This document shows positions 22,340 through 36,900 of a DNA stretch of 64,000 nucleotides, in pieces. Source of the DNA: Macrostomum lignano (Eukaryota); NCBI GenBank assembly GCA_002269645.1, contig NIVC01000583.1:248001-312000 (forward strand), given 5' to 3'. The notes beneath the pieces are model-generated. The model did no database searches, was not told where the DNA came from, and saw only the letters and a list, made by a program, of their open reading frames with translations. The position numbers were made by a program, and so were the translations under genes. Each line of letters starts with the position of its first letter. The first letter of the stretch is position 1.

Positions 22340-24060
22340 AGGTCCCCCAAGGACAGTTAGGAATTGACAGAGAGTCTGGGCAGAATAAAATTTAGTCGGT
22401 TATACCATGCCCGGAGCAACAATATAGAAACTGCAGTCGGATGGCTTCTGATGAGAGAAAAAGCCCCAGTTCAAAAGAGCCTCAGGGTCGGTCACGTGAT
22501 GAGCTATTCAAAGTCGCTGCCATGACTCCTCCCTCTGATTGGTCTCCGGTCTTCCTGACGTCACAAGGACTGTTGCTAAAAATGGAACATTATAATTTTA
22601 TGATGGGTTTCGGCCTTTTCGGCTCCTTTGTGGAAGCTAGCCTTCGGGCCTCAGGTCTCAGAAATGAATCCATTAGAGTCCTGGCCCCCCACGATCCTGT
22701 CAGATGGTCAGCCCCCATGGTAGCTTGATCTGTGGCGAGCAGTCTAGGTCCTATATAATAGCTAAAAGAGAGGGACAGCGAGAGACAAGCAGGGAGAATT
22801 TTGAAGGTAGAGATCAGCTAATCCGCAGATTAACTAACCCGCTGCCACCTGCAGCCCGTGCGTCCTGGCTCACCAAACCGGAACTTTCGAAATCGGGCTT
22901 CCGACTAGAGGGGACTTAACACTTACCTGCCAACTAGTGTCTTTTTGCTGTCAATCTCGAAGTCATAGCCGATGTTAAGGGACACTGCTGGGACTTGATC
23001 GCATTGGCCATGCAGGTACAGAGGGGACTTGTGCAGGGGATTCTTGCAGTAGCGAGACTATGGGGTAGCTACATGTACTATTACATTGCTAAATACGAGG
23101 AATTGTACTTTTGGCCTTCAACGCGCCAACTAGCCTCTCTTAGCGCTGATGATAAACTAACTCGAACTTCAGAGACCGCATGATTCATTACCCGAGCCGC
23201 TTGGCTAACCTAGAGTGCACAGAGTACATCTCTAGCGCCGATTTTGCACTATTGGCAATTTTGCTCACTGATTTGATAGATTGATCGACTGAGAACCACC
23301 TTGCCATTGGTCCACTGTGACCGGCGCCTACTAGCTTAGCTACTCATCTGAGCCATCGGCGAAAAAAGAAATAAAACCGATAAAAATAACTGTCAGATTT
23401 AACCTTCTCACTAAATCCCTTCACACTTCAGATTGGATTGGAGTATCGGACCTCTAACAGTATTATTGAATGATTTCTGCCTCGATAACAGCACTGCTGA
23501 ACAAAATGAGCAAAAATGTGCGCTTAATCCAGCTACTGAAATAGGGGACAGACAGGGAATCACCCAATCAAGCAAGTCTAGGTAGCCTCTCACCCAACCA
23601 ATCAGAAACTCAACAGCCGGAGACCACGTAATCCACAGTGACCGAATCGGCTTAGTGCTTCGCAGCTGTAGGCCCGGGATGATGCTGATGTCACAATCTT
23701 CGCAGATAGCTAGTAGGTGATGTTCTTAATCTTGATGTTCGCTGCTGACGACCGGGGGGATTCGTCCTTGATGATGATGGGGGGAGTCGCGATCCGGGGA
23801 TCAAGAGACGACGGTCGAGCTCCGGGAGGTCTAAGTTAGGCCAAAGTCCCAGGAGGCGGAGCAGGAGGTTGAGTCCGAGCAGCGGGCCAAAAACACCGGT
23901 TTAAATAGCCGCCAACTGGACCGCAATTTGTTATAATGGAACACCTCGACGCTGATTGGCTGAGCCGATTTGTTATAGCGCACGTCGAATTTTCTGATTG
24001 GCTGAGCTTGTTGCCACCCAAACTCACGTGACCAGAAGATCCTATCAGTTCCCTCGGGGC
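22340..24060 (-). mobile_element. LTR-like or retroelement-derived segment with a promoter-like end
   Basis: Distinct composition block. The minus strand has CACGTG, two AGCCAATCAG CCAAT boxes (~23955-24008) and TATTTAAA (~23900-23908) in promoter order. Boundaries not resolved. Confidence 0.35.
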
Positions 24061-24988
24061 CATAAAAATTCGACAGGTGCGGTCATAAATCACTCAAAAT
24101 CGCTACATAATAATTTATGACCTTTCGCGTAGGAATGACAAAAATTAATGAAAAAATATACATTAGAAAGCTCTTATTAAGTAGAAAGTGAGGATAATGA
24201 AGAGAAATCGCTAATCGCTAATCCCAACGTACTTTTAGGAGTAAAATGCATAGCTGTCAAAGCTGTCACACGCTTGAGTAAACACGAACAATAGGCCCTG
24301 ACCTCATAAATCTTGATGGCCTGTCAAAATGATGAGAAAAAAGCTACCGCCCGCATCCTCTCAGACCATCAAGCGCCAGTCTCAGGATTGAGTGAGGCGC
24401 AGGTGGCTGTCAGACCAGCTTGAAAGCAATGATTTATGACCCAAAAGCCGCACCTACGAGTATGTTATTATAACTACAAGTATGGCAAAATCATATAACT
24501 AGTATGAATTCTAGGAAAATTACATAAAGAGAAGAAAAAATGCCCATAGCCTGCTGTTTTAAATGTCTTTGATTGCTACAATATGAGCACAGCCAATACT
24601 GTACACAGACATGTATGAACAGCGGCCCTTAATTGTGACTTTCTAATCGTTCAGGCATGTACACTCTATTGACTGAGGGTTTGCCCTGATGGCCGTGAGA
24701 ATGAGAACCCCCACAATAACTCTCTGTGCAATGTTCGTGCACACAAGCTAAGTCCCAAATGAATGTTGGTCTCGAACGGATTCAAATGACAAAGTGCGCT
24801 TTTATCAACACGTGGCCACACGGACACTTTTATTACCTACTTGTATTCACAAGTTTACTACATCATTTTATTCGAAATTTTCAGGCGCTTACGCCCTTAC
24901 GATATATAATTGCTACAGTTACCCTCACATTAACTTAGTTTTCGTTATATTTTGAGCTGCAGGCTAAAACAGTGCATATTTATTCTAC

Positions 24989-25347
24989 GGGGCCGTAGCC
25001 CAGCGGTAGCGCAGCTGCTCTGGTGTGCCAGCGACCCAGGCTCGATTCCAAGTGCAGTCACATTAATTTGGGGCTGAATTGGAATCTCGGCTTGGCTCTG
25101 CTCGTGCAATTAACGGCCTTGAGAGCCAACCCCCCAAGGCGCAGTGAAGTGTACATGCCTAACGATAAATAAAGTTAGAGCCGCTGTACACTCCTGTGTG
25201 AGTGTGTGCCTGCGTACGTATCCGCGCGCTTGTATACCTGCTCAGGGGAGTCGGCGGAATGGGCAGTAATGCCTCTCGCCGGTTGTGTGCCTATGTCGCT
25301 TAAAGTGCGCCAGGGTGCACACAACCCCCCTGCCTCTAATAAAAAAA
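24989..25347 (+). mobile_element. tRNA-derived SINE, copy 2
   Basis: Near-identical to 15813-16147 with two small internal insertions (~25213-25238 and ~25305). Ends TGCCTCTAATAAAAAAA. Confidence 0.88.
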
Positions 25348-26216
25348 TGTCCTATTCCATTTCTAGCTTCTCTCTTAGTTCAGACTTTTGTCGACCCCTC
25401 CCCAACCACTTGTGCTCAAAAACTTTTCAACCGGCCGATTAGTGCTGGCAGTCGCCCTCGCTGCTCTGCCTGATCCCATTTCGATCGGAGTTCATTTTTA
25501 GAAAGCCATCGCTCGATCTATAAAGCGCAAAGCTAGTGCTAATTGAACATTGACGCTATAGCCAGCAATATTAATATTGAGCAGATGCTGAATTGAGGAA
25601 GATACATGCATAATCATACAGCTAATGGAACATCTCGCATTCGTTGAGGTGAATGGTTGCGTGCAGCAGCATCTTATTTGATTCAATTAGCACCGCATTC
25701 GATCAGCATCTATAGTCTTACATTCATCTCAATACCAATGTGCCTTCTCTGCACCGTCCAGTCACGAGTCCACTTTGCACTTTTACTTAGACTTGAAAAC
25801 ACCTCTCGAACTTGAAATCCCCCAGAGAGATGGGCGGGGAAGAGCGTACGGGGGCGTTCCGAGAATTTTAAAAAGCTGATTTTTTGCTCTTTAAGAAAGC
25901 AAAACTGGCTATATGAGCCGCAGACTTGGAGGGGATGACTGGCGATTGAGTATAGAAGGCTGCTCACTTTGATTCTTCTCAACTTTTCAATGCATAACCG
26001 AGATTGGCGCATTGCGCCTGCGTTTGTACAAAAAAAACAATTTAAAATGACATACGCCTGCTACGTGTTTTAAAGTTCACAGCTAGTAAGTTCACTTGTT
26101 TATTTATTTACAATGTAAATAAATACCCCCCAGATTGGCAAAACTTTATAACTAGCTATTCCATTGTTCCGATAAGAGCGTAATTATGGTCACAGCGTTT
26201 ATGAGTGGAAAAGAGC

Positions 26217-27740
26217 TGCCAGCTACAGAGGGGATGCCAGCTACAGAGGGGATGCCAGCTACAGAGGGGATGCCAGCTACAGAGGGGATGCCAGCTACAG
26301 AGGGGATGCCAGCTACAGAGGGGATGCCAGCTACAGAGGGGATGCCAGCTACAGAGGGGATGCCAGCTACAGAGGGGATGCCAGCTACAGAGGGGATGCC
26401 AGCTACAGAGGGGATGCCAGCTACAGAGGGGATGCCAGCTACAGAGGGGATGCCAGCTACAGAGGGGATGCCAGCTACAGAGGGGATGCCAGCTACAGAG
26501 GGGATGCCAGCTACAGAGGGGGTGCCAGCTACAGAGTGGATGCCAGCTACAGAGGGGATGCCAACTACAGAGGGGATGCCAGCTACAAATGGGATGCCAG
26601 CTACAGAGGGGGTGCCAGATACAGAGGGGATGCCAGCTACAGAGGGATGCCAGCTACAGAGGGGATGCCAGCTACAGAGGGGATGCCAGCTACAGAGGGG
26701 GTGCCAGATACAGAGGGGATGCCAGCTACAGAGGGATGCCAGCTACAGAGGGGATGCCAGCTACAGAGGGGATGCCAGCTACAGAAGGGATACCAGCTAC
26801 AGAGGGGTTGCCAGCTACAGAGGGGATGCCAGCTACAGAGTGCATGCCAGCTACAGAGTGCATGCCAGTTACAGAGTGCATGCCAGCTACAGAGGGGATG
26901 CCAGCTACAGAGGGGATGCCAGCTACAGAGGGGATGTCAGCTACAGAGGGGATGCCAGCTACAGAGGGGATGCCAGCTACAGAGTGGATGCCAGCTACAG
27001 AGGGGATGCCAACTACAGAGGGGATGCCAGCTACAAATGGGATGCCAGCTACAGAGGGGGTGCCAGATACAGAGGGGATGCCAGCTACAGAGGGATGCCA
27101 GCTACAGAGGGGATGCCAGCTACAGAGGGGATGCCAGCTACAGAAGGGATACCAGCTACAGAGGGGTTGCCAGCTACAGAGTGGATGCCAGCTACAGAGT
27201 GCATGCCAGCTACAGAGTGCATGCCAGCTACAGAGTGCATGCCAGTTACAGAGTGCATGCCAGCTACAGAGGGGATGCCAGCTACAGAGGGGATGCCAGC
27301 TACAGAGAGGATGCCAGCTACAGAGGGGATGCCAGCTACAGAGTGCATGCCATCTACAGAGAGGATGCCAGCTACTGAGGGGATGCCAGCTACAGAGGGG
27401 ATGCCAGCTAAAGAGGGGATGCCAGCTACAGAGGGGGTACCAGCTACAGAGTGCATGCTAGCTAAAGAGGGGATGCCAGCTACAGAGGGGGTACCAGCTA
27501 CTGAGGGGATGCCACCTACAGAGTGCATGCCAGCTACAGAGTGGATGCGAGCTACAGAGGAAATGCCAGCTACTGAGGGGATGCCAGCTACAGAGTGCAT
27601 GCCAGCTACAGAGGGGATGCGAGCTACAGAGTGGATGCGAGCTACAGAGGAAATGCCAGCTACAGAGGGGATGCCAGCTACAGAGGGGGTGCCAGCTACA
27701 GAGTTGATGCCAGCTACAGAGGAATGCCAGCTACAGAGTT
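26217..27740. repeat. 18-bp minisatellite (GCCAGCTACAGAGGGGAT), ~85 units
   Basis: Direct tandem array. The MPATEG, CQLQRG and DASYRG ORFs are its three frames. Confidence 0.97.
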
Positions 27741-28088
27741 CACAACTGCATATACACCTGCTAAGGTTGGCACAAGCTAAAAGGATGACAACAAATAATA
27801 CTAATCCTTCTGCCTTTTCGCAATACTAGATGCAAGTCTTGCAGGTGCAATTGAATTTTTGTACTGTACCATGCAGACTCTGTAAAAAAATTGCAAAACA
27901 GTTTGGTTGCTTTCATTTATAACTTCGTGAGTTTCTGTTGAAAGTTGTCAGCTCTGAGCATGCAGTTGCTATGGGATATGGACTATGGGATGGGCACATA
28001 TTTGTCAGCCAGCTTGCACGGTTGCGTAACTTTGATAAAAACTGGTTCTTGACGTGTATTTTACCCGTGAACACAGCCAGTGCAGCAA

Positions 28089-28402
28089 ATCTCTTCAGTA
28101 AATAATATTTTTACGTGAGCAGATACTTTTAGTAAGAATATTTTTACGTGAGCAGATACTTTTAGTAAGAATATTTTTACGTGAGCAGATACTTTTAGTA
28201 AGAATATTTTTACGTGAGCAGATACTTTTAGTAAGAATATTTTTACGTGAGCAGATACTTTTAGTAAGAATATTTTTACGTGAGCAGATACTTTTAGTAA
28301 GAATATTTTTACGTGAGCAGATACTTTTAGTAAGAATATTTTTACGTGAGCAGATACTTTTAGTAAGAATATTTTTACGTGAGCAGATACTTTTAGTAAG
28401 AA
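28089..28402. repeat. 33-bp minisatellite (AATATTTTTACGTGAGCAGATACTTTTAGTAAG)
   Basis: About 9 near-identical units. Confidence 0.97.
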
Positions 28403-28776
28403 CTGGTGTTTTTTCAGCTGTGTACTTTTAGCTTGCCTTCTGTTCAAGCTTCGCTTGTTAGCATATAGCCAAGTGCGTGAAAACTGTTTCGTAATTTCAT
28501 TAATGCGTCTGCATATATCGTGAAAACATTTGAAAATGTAGATTTCTTGTCAAAAATGATACACGGATGAGATGTAAATGTTTGCTTGTTCACGAACTGC
28601 TTCTGTAGCCCATTTACCTGTTTTTATGTATCCGAGTAAAAGCAGTTAACTGATGCAGAGCATACACTTACAGGTGGAGCTTAAAAACTTCCCCCGATTC
28701 CATGTTGATTTACTTGGAAACAGGTGACAAGATCCTTAGAGCATCTCTAGCCTGTAAGCTTTTCCTGTTCCTTGCC

Positions 28777-30370
28777 CTGAAGTCATAGACTACCCTATAC
28801 TGAAGTCACAGACTACCCTATACTGAAGTCATAAACTATCCTATACTGCAGCCATAGACTACCTAAAATTGAAGCCATAGACTACAATATACTGAAGTCA
28901 TAGACTATCCTATACTGCAGCCATAGACTACCTTAAATTGAAGCCATAGACTACAATATACTGAAGTCATAAACTATCCTATACTGCAGCCATAGACTAC
29001 CTTAAATTGAAGCCATAGACTACAATATACTAAAGTCACAGACTACCCTATACTGAAGCCATAGACTACCCTATACTGAAGTCACAGACTACCCTACACT
29101 GCAGCCATAGACTACCCTCAATTGAAGCCATAGACTACAATATACTAAAGTCACAGACTACCCTATACTGAAGTCACAGACTACCCTATACTGCAGCCAT
29201 AGACTACCCTCAATTGAAGCCATAGACTAAAATATACTAAAGTCACAGACTACCCTATACTGAAGCCATAGACTACCCTATACTGAAGCCATAGACTACC
29301 CTATACTGAAGTCACAGACTACCCTTTACTGAAGTCACAGACTACCCTATACTGAAGTCACAGACTACCCTATACTGAAGTAATAGACTACCCTATACTG
29401 AAGTCACAGACTACCCTTTACTGAAGTCACAGACTACCCTATACTGAAGTCATAGACTACCCTATACTGAAGTCACAGACTACCCTATACTGAAGTCACA
29501 GACTACCCTATACTGAAGTAATAGACTACCCTATACTGAAGTCACAGACTACCCTATACTGAAGTAATAGACTACCCTATACTGAAGTCACAGACTACCC
29601 TATACTGAAGTCACAGACTACCCTATACTGAAGTCACAGACTACCCTGTTGTTGTGAGCCCCGTCCTCCAGAGCGACGCCTACAGCTGAACCCTGTTGGA
29701 AAGCTGCGACCCCCAGGTCCCCAGTCAGAGCTCCCGTCCCGTGTCCCAGGGAGAAGCAGGAAAACGACAGAGCAGAACCCACGAGCTTCCGCGCAAAAGC
29801 CGATACAGTTCGCACTTGCTATGTGCTTTGGTAGACAAGTAAGTTTGTTTTGAAGTAGCCAACGATTGGACCAAAAGAACGCAAGGGCGCGGCTGCCCAC
29901 TAGACAGCAAATTCTTTTTATATTTATTTATTTAATATAATTCTCATTATATTTATTATCTGACCTACGTACCAGTACATAAATACTTCTAGAACAAATG
30001 TACGGTACGGTAGTTGGAGGTGGTGCGAGGTGGCGTGATCGGCGTACGCATTGATTATTGATTGGAGGGGTGGGGCAGACTGGAATGGTTGGGGCGGGGC
30101 AGGAGGGGCGAAAAAGAACACGATTGCACAACACTGTACTGAAGTCATACGTAGACTACCCTATACTGAAGCCATAGACTACCCTATACTGAAGCCATAG
30201 AGTACCCTATACTGAAGCCATAGACTACCCTTTACTGAAGCCATAGACTACCCTTTACTGAAGCCATAGACTACCCTATACTGAAGTCACAGACTACCCT
30301 ATTCTGAAGCCATAGACTACCCTTTACTGAAGCCATAGACTACCCTTTACTGAAGCCATAGACTACCCTC
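28777..30370. repeat. 23-bp minisatellite (CTGAAGTCACAGACTACCCTATA) interrupted by a ~490-bp insert at ~29648-30135
   Basis: The same unit resumes after the non-repetitive insert. Confidence 0.93.
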
Positions 30371-31329
30371 TAGTAGACTACCCTACCCTATAAATGAATG
30401 AGAAAATCTAATAATTGTATTTCTTTCTTCAATGAACTACTGGTAGTAGAAATATTAACATATTAGACTATAAAATATTTAACGTCGTTTATTAAACTTG
30501 TTACTGTAAGTAAAAATTAATGAAAATGAGTGTAAAACATTCACTTTAGGACAAAATTGCTTGCGTGAGATGAATTAATAAGAGTAAGGAGTGAAATTTC
30601 GATCATCTTTGAATGTATTCCGAGTCTTTTTCAGCTGATTATACCCCTCTACCGTCTACCATCATCTGTCTCCAACTCCAACTTCAAGTAAACAACTCAG
30701 TCACGGTTCAATAAGATTTGCTCAGACAATTCCCCATGGGAAGGGTGGCGCACGCATTGCCAAAGCAAATATGCGCCGGCTCGATTCCAGTCTTCCCTCG
30801 GTTGAGACTATCAATTCCATTTCTCATTCCACCGGCAGCCTTCTCATTTTTGCACATTATTTAATACTAGTTCGTCCCTGTTGGTTTTTTGGTGGACTGC
30901 CTCGAATAGTTTTTTATTTCGGAGGAAATAGAAGTTCATCTTTGAGGTCAAGCTAATTGCGGAGTCGAGATAATCTACCGGGGCCAGTCTCATCTGTTTC
31001 TGTGAACTAATAAACTGCATTTGATCCCCATTATTTCTTTCACTCGTCGACCTCAAATTGCGTGCGAATAGCGACAGGGCTCTGACTGAATGCTGATGAG
31101 ATGCTGACTTGTGTTCCCTATAGGGCGTCTCACGTGATCTGCGGGCGAGCTCCCTACTACTCAACCGTTAATTCACTAATCCACTGGCTACGACTGATAT
31201 TGATATTGGTATTATTGGTACTATTGGTACTGATATTGGCGCAAAGACTGCTCAGCAGCTTAGAGTCTGTCTATGAGGCCGGATTTTTCAATTGAAATTT
31301 TTTTTAGTGATGGTCCTCTGGTGTGCGCC

Positions 31330-32390
31330 GCTGCTATATCTGAGATAATTGGGTGGGGTTTCCTGGTGTCTGCCGCTGCTGTATCTGAGATAATAGGGTG
31401 GGAGTTTCCTGGTGTCTGCCGCTGCTGTATCTGAGATAATAGGGTGGGAGTTTCCTGGTGTCTGCGGCTGTATCTGAGATAATTGGGTGGTGTTTCCTGG
31501 TGTCTGCCGCTGCTGTATCTGAGATAATAGGGTGGGGGTTTCCTGGTGTCTGCCGCTGCTGTATCTGAGATAATAGGGTGGGAGTTTCCTGGTGTCTGCC
31601 GCTGCTGTATCTGAGATAATTAGGTAGGGGTTTCCTGGTGTCTGCCGCTGCTGTATCTGAGATAATAGGTGGGGGTTTCCTGGTGTCTGCGGCTGCTGTA
31701 TCTGAGATAATAGGGTGGGAGTTTCCTGGTGTCTGCCGCTGCTGTATCTGAGATAATTGGGTAGGGGTTTCCTGGTGTCTGCCGCTGCTGTATCTGAGAT
31801 AATAGGGTGGGGGTTTCCTGGTGTCTGCGGCTGCTGTATCTGAGATAATAGGGTGGGAGTTTCCTGGTGTCTGCCGCTGCTGTATCTGAGATAATTGGGT
31901 AGGGGTTTCCTGGTGTCTGCCGCTGCTGTATCTGATATAATAGGGTGGGGGTTTCCTGGTGTCTGCGGCTGCTGTATCTGAGATAATAGGGTGGGGGTTT
32001 CCTGGTGTCTGCCGCTGCTGTATCTGAGATAATTGGGTAGGGGTTTCCTGGTGTCTGCCGCTGCTGCATCTGAGATAATAGGGTGGGGGTTTCCTGGTGT
32101 CTGCCGCTGCTGTATCTGAGACAATAGGGTGGGGGTTTCCTGGTGTCTGCCGCTGCTGTATCTGAGATAATTGGGTGGGGGTTTCCTGGTGTCTGCGGCT
32201 GCTGTATCTGAGATAATAGGGTGGGAGTTTCCTGGTGTCTGCCGCTGCTGTATCTGAGATAATAGGGTGGGGGTTTCCTGGTGTCTGCCGCTGCTGTATC
32301 TGAGATAATTGGGTAGGGGTTTCCTGGTGTCTGCCGCTGCTGTATCTGAGATAATTGGGTAGGGGTTTCCTGGTGTCTGCCGCTGCTGTA
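31330..32390. repeat. 46-bp minisatellite (GCTGCTGTATCTGAGATAATAGGGTGGGAGTTTCCTGGTGTCTGCC)
   Basis: About 23 tandem units. Confidence 0.97.
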
Positions 32391-32981
32391 ACATGCAACA
32401 TGCTACGTTATTGCGAGATCAAAAGTATTTTATCGAATTTTTTCGAGTTCTGCATTTCAGTTCTCAAAGCAGCCTGACGAATCTTTTAAAAGAAAAATTT
32501 CATGCGCTTGCTTTAAAATTACTGTAATAGCCAGGAAACGACAGATCACAGCGTGCAGAAACAAAAAGCTTCGCGATTGCGTGAGTCTCGGAATTTTCGA
32601 AAATTGCCACGGGAAATTATCGGCCGATCGCGTCTCTGCGATAATTTCTGTTTTGGCGAAAGCAGCCCCTTTCAGTTGCTAAAATCGCCCACTGGACTGG
32701 CAGCCCCAGCAAAGGTGAAATAAAGGCGATTGGCTAATGTTGATCACGAACCTTTCTGCTTTGGGAATTCAGACTCAGAAGAAAATACCTGTTCTTGCTG
32801 CATTCCTAATTATCAGGCACGCGACCTGGTTGGGCCACATTGCTGGCTGATACCTGCGGCAGTCTTCTGTGGGCGGCGATTTTGATCTGGGAATCTCCTT
32901 TCTGTCTGACTGCATGCATCTGGATTTGCATACATGTACCAGCCTTTCAGATTAGTGCGCTCCTGTGCTTAAGCAGGATTT

Positions 32982-33473
<492 letters not shown>

Positions 33474-33991
33474 AAAATAAATAAAATCTGAAGGCTTTAA
33501 TATGCAATCATTCAGTGCGAATGAAAAATATCGGCTTTTATTGAAGGAGAAATGTAAAATTTTAATTATTCCAAACTACTAGAGCTCTCGGCATAATAGC
33601 GTCCAATGGAATGTGCATATTAATGAGCAATGAACAAACTGAGTCGTGGCGCAGGAACGCGAAACCATATGGTTTACTCGACGTGAACAGCTGAAGTAGG
33701 AAGACGCCAGACTCGAGTTTCTTAGAAACGAGCTGGTGGCCGGTTATGGAACGCGTATTTGCCGTATCGCCATGCAGGGCCTTCAGGATTTTCTAGCGCA
33801 TTTGTCTATGGCTTTACGTTCTCGAGAGCTTACTCTATGCACTACATTTATAGTTATCCATGTGCTTACATTTGAAATCTACTCAACAGGGTACAACACT
33901 CACTGATACAGATGAACGCTTGGCTAAATATCTGGTACACAGGTAGCAACAGCAGGTACGCAGCTTCTTCAAGCATTGGCGCCAACCGTTC

Positions 33992-36900
33992 TCACAGCTC
34001 AGTGGTCCGCACACCGAAGACCAGCGACTCCTCGTCCGGTAATTCGTCTCCACTGCCCGCATCGCCCGCCTCCAGCTGCCGCTGCCCGGGCGAGCCGTCG
34101 ACATTTCCGCCGTTTTCGCTCCGGTCGATCCTGCCAGCGCCGATGCCGTCGCGGCGTCCTCCTCTATCGGCGCCGCCCAGTCGTCGGCCAACCGTTGGAA
34201 ACTGTTTGACAATGGCGTCTTTGAACGAGCCGCTGAGCATTGAATAGACGATGGGATTGACGCAGCAGGATGCGTAGTGAAGAGCGTTGGAGCAGATCTT
34301 CACCACCAGCATGGCGTTGTTCATCGGGAAGATGTGCCGCAGGCCGTTGTACCAGAAGTTGATGAGCTCAGTCGGCAGCCAGCAGATGCCGTACAGCAGA
34401 ATGACCAGCATCACCATTTTGGTCACTTTGGTGCGCAGCCTTCGCTTGCTGGCCTGCCGTTTCATTGAGGAATTTGGCCGGCTGTCCTGCACAGATGGGG
34501 GAGTGACATATAACTGTGTTGGGATCACAGCACAGATTCAAATCCCCAAATATCCCACAGACTGTTAGGATCTCAGCATGCATCTAAATCCCCAAATATC
34601 CCATAGTCTGTTAGCATCACAGCATCCAAATCCCCAAATATCCCATAGTCTGTTAGCATCACAGCATCCAAATCCCCAAATATCCCATAGTCTGTTAGCA
34701 TCACAGCATCCAAATCCCCAAATATCCCATAGTCTGTTAGCATCACAGCATCCAAATCCCCAAATATCCCATAGTCTGTTAGCATCACGGCATCCAAATT
34801 CCCAAGTACCTAAAATGCTGCCAGAACAACATGCCCATTCCATTATCCCGCAATGGGCCCTCTTCCCCACGAACCTCAGTCTTCAGCTTCCTAACGATGA
34901 GGCAGTTCATGATCAGCATGGCAAAGAAAGGCAGCACGTAGGAGCACAGGAGGATCACAACTGAGTTGAGCACCCGGTTACGCTCCAACGCGAAGGCGTC
35001 TCGACAGACCAGGACTCCGTTGTCGTCCTCGACTTTGAACGCGACAGGCTGGGGGATGCTCAGAATGGCGCCGACTGAAACAGAGTGAGTAGCGAGGTGA
35101 TCAGATAGAGGCCAGGTCAGCAATTAAGAGTGAACAGTGGAGTGCCAAGACTAGTGTGACAGGCCAATAAAAGGTGAATGCTACGGTGATTAGACTAAGC
35201 CGCGTTGCAAAGATTCCGAACTTTTCGTGTCGGAGATTGAAAGTGTTCTCAGCCTCCCCTAATCTGACCAGTTTCCTCTCCATCTCTCCTCTTCTAGAAG
35301 AAGATAAGCAGCCGGATTTGCTCGAATGGGAAGGCGCGAAAGTCTGCTTGAAGCTCTGCGACTCTCTGTCGCTGGTCGCCTCACCCGAGATTAACTTCAC
35401 GAGGTCCGCTTGGCGCCTTAAGTCTATCTTGAACCGGTTTTTAGCAAAATAATGGAGGCTTGGGCCTGCACGACGGGAATGAGTTGGACTTTCTCTCAGC
35501 TTATGACGTCTGATTTGAATTAGGCTTTTGAAAAGGAATAAAATTAATCTACCACTTAATATGGAAACTGATTTGCTGTACTTGCTGTGTAACACGAATG
35601 ATAATTCGCAGGGGACCTGTGTGCACCCTGGCGAAACACCTGAGGGGACATCGTAACGCTGAGGCGATTCCGCCCATCATGCTTGAGCACATACAAGCGC
35701 GCAATGCAGTAAGCACCTCATGAGATGACTGCTCATGAGATGACCGCTCATGAGATGACTGCTCATGAGATGACCGCTCATGAGATGACTGCTCATGAGA
35801 TGACCGCTCATGAGATGACTGCTCATGAGATGACTGCTCATGAGATGACTGCTCATGAGATGACCGCTCATGAGATGACTGCTCATGAGATGACCGCTCA
35901 TGAGATGACTGCTCATGAGATGACTGCTCATGACATTCATCTGAAAGTAATAAGCGCTTCAAAAAACGCAAGTTCGTGAGTGCAGCACTATTTTTAGCTG
36001 TCCATGGACTACTCAGAACTATTCATAAAGGCATTACTTGTGATTGGAGTGCTCACGACAGACCCGCTCATGTAATGCTGTCGCTATTGACAGGTCTTTT
36101 CAACACGAGCTGATTAAGAATGCTGGCTCAAGGCAGGCTGAGATTGGCACATCCAACTCACTGAGCCAAGCGATCAGGCAGCCGGCCTTCGCTCTGGTCG
36201 GGTTGATCTTTCGGTTTTCCCACGGGTGCACGACGGCCAGAAACCGGCTGCAGGTCAGGCCCAGCAGCATGATGGCGGACGAGTACACCGTCATCTGCGA
36301 GTAGGCGGGGCGGCGTGGCCGGGTTGGAGGGGAAGATGAGCAGGGAAGAATCGGGAGCTCAATCGGAGTGAATCATAGGGATCGGAGTGAATCATAGGGA
36401 GCGGAGTGAATCAAAGGGAGCGGAGTGAATCAAAGGGAGCGGAGTGAATCATAGGGAGCGGAGTGAATCATAGGGAGCGGAGTGAATCATAGGGAGCGGA
36501 GTGAATCATAGGGAGCGGAGTGAATCATAGGGAGCGGAGTGAATCATAGGGAGCGGAGTGAATCATAGGGAGCGGAGTGAATCATAGGGAGCGGAGTAAA
36601 TCATAGGGAGCGGAGTGAATCATAGGGAGCGGAGTGAATCATAGGGAGCGGAGTGAATCATAGGGCGCGAGGTGAATCATAGGGAGCGGAGTGAATCATA
36701 GGGAGCGAGGTGAATCATAGGGAGTGGAGTGAATCATAGGAAGTGGAGTGAATCATAGGAAGTGGAGTGAATCATGCAAACGGAGTGAATTATTAGAAAC
36801 GGAGTGAGTCATAAGGAGCGGAGTGAATCGTAGGGAGCGCAGAGCCTCATAGGGATCGGAGTGATTCATAGGCATCGGAGTGAATCGTAGAGATTGGATT

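Noticed and set aside
26186-27829. Long ORFs (547, 418, 280 aa) over the 18-bp array, and similar ORFs at 31288-32401, 38067-38800, 44955-46440 and 47778-49725
   Set aside because: They are translations of stop-free tandem repeats, open in several frames at once and switching frame at indels. Not credible proteins.
34810-34874. Alternative GPCR exon-3 donor at TTTAG/GTACTT (34810)
   Set aside because: It gives phase 2, which is out of frame with the phase-0 acceptor at 34486.
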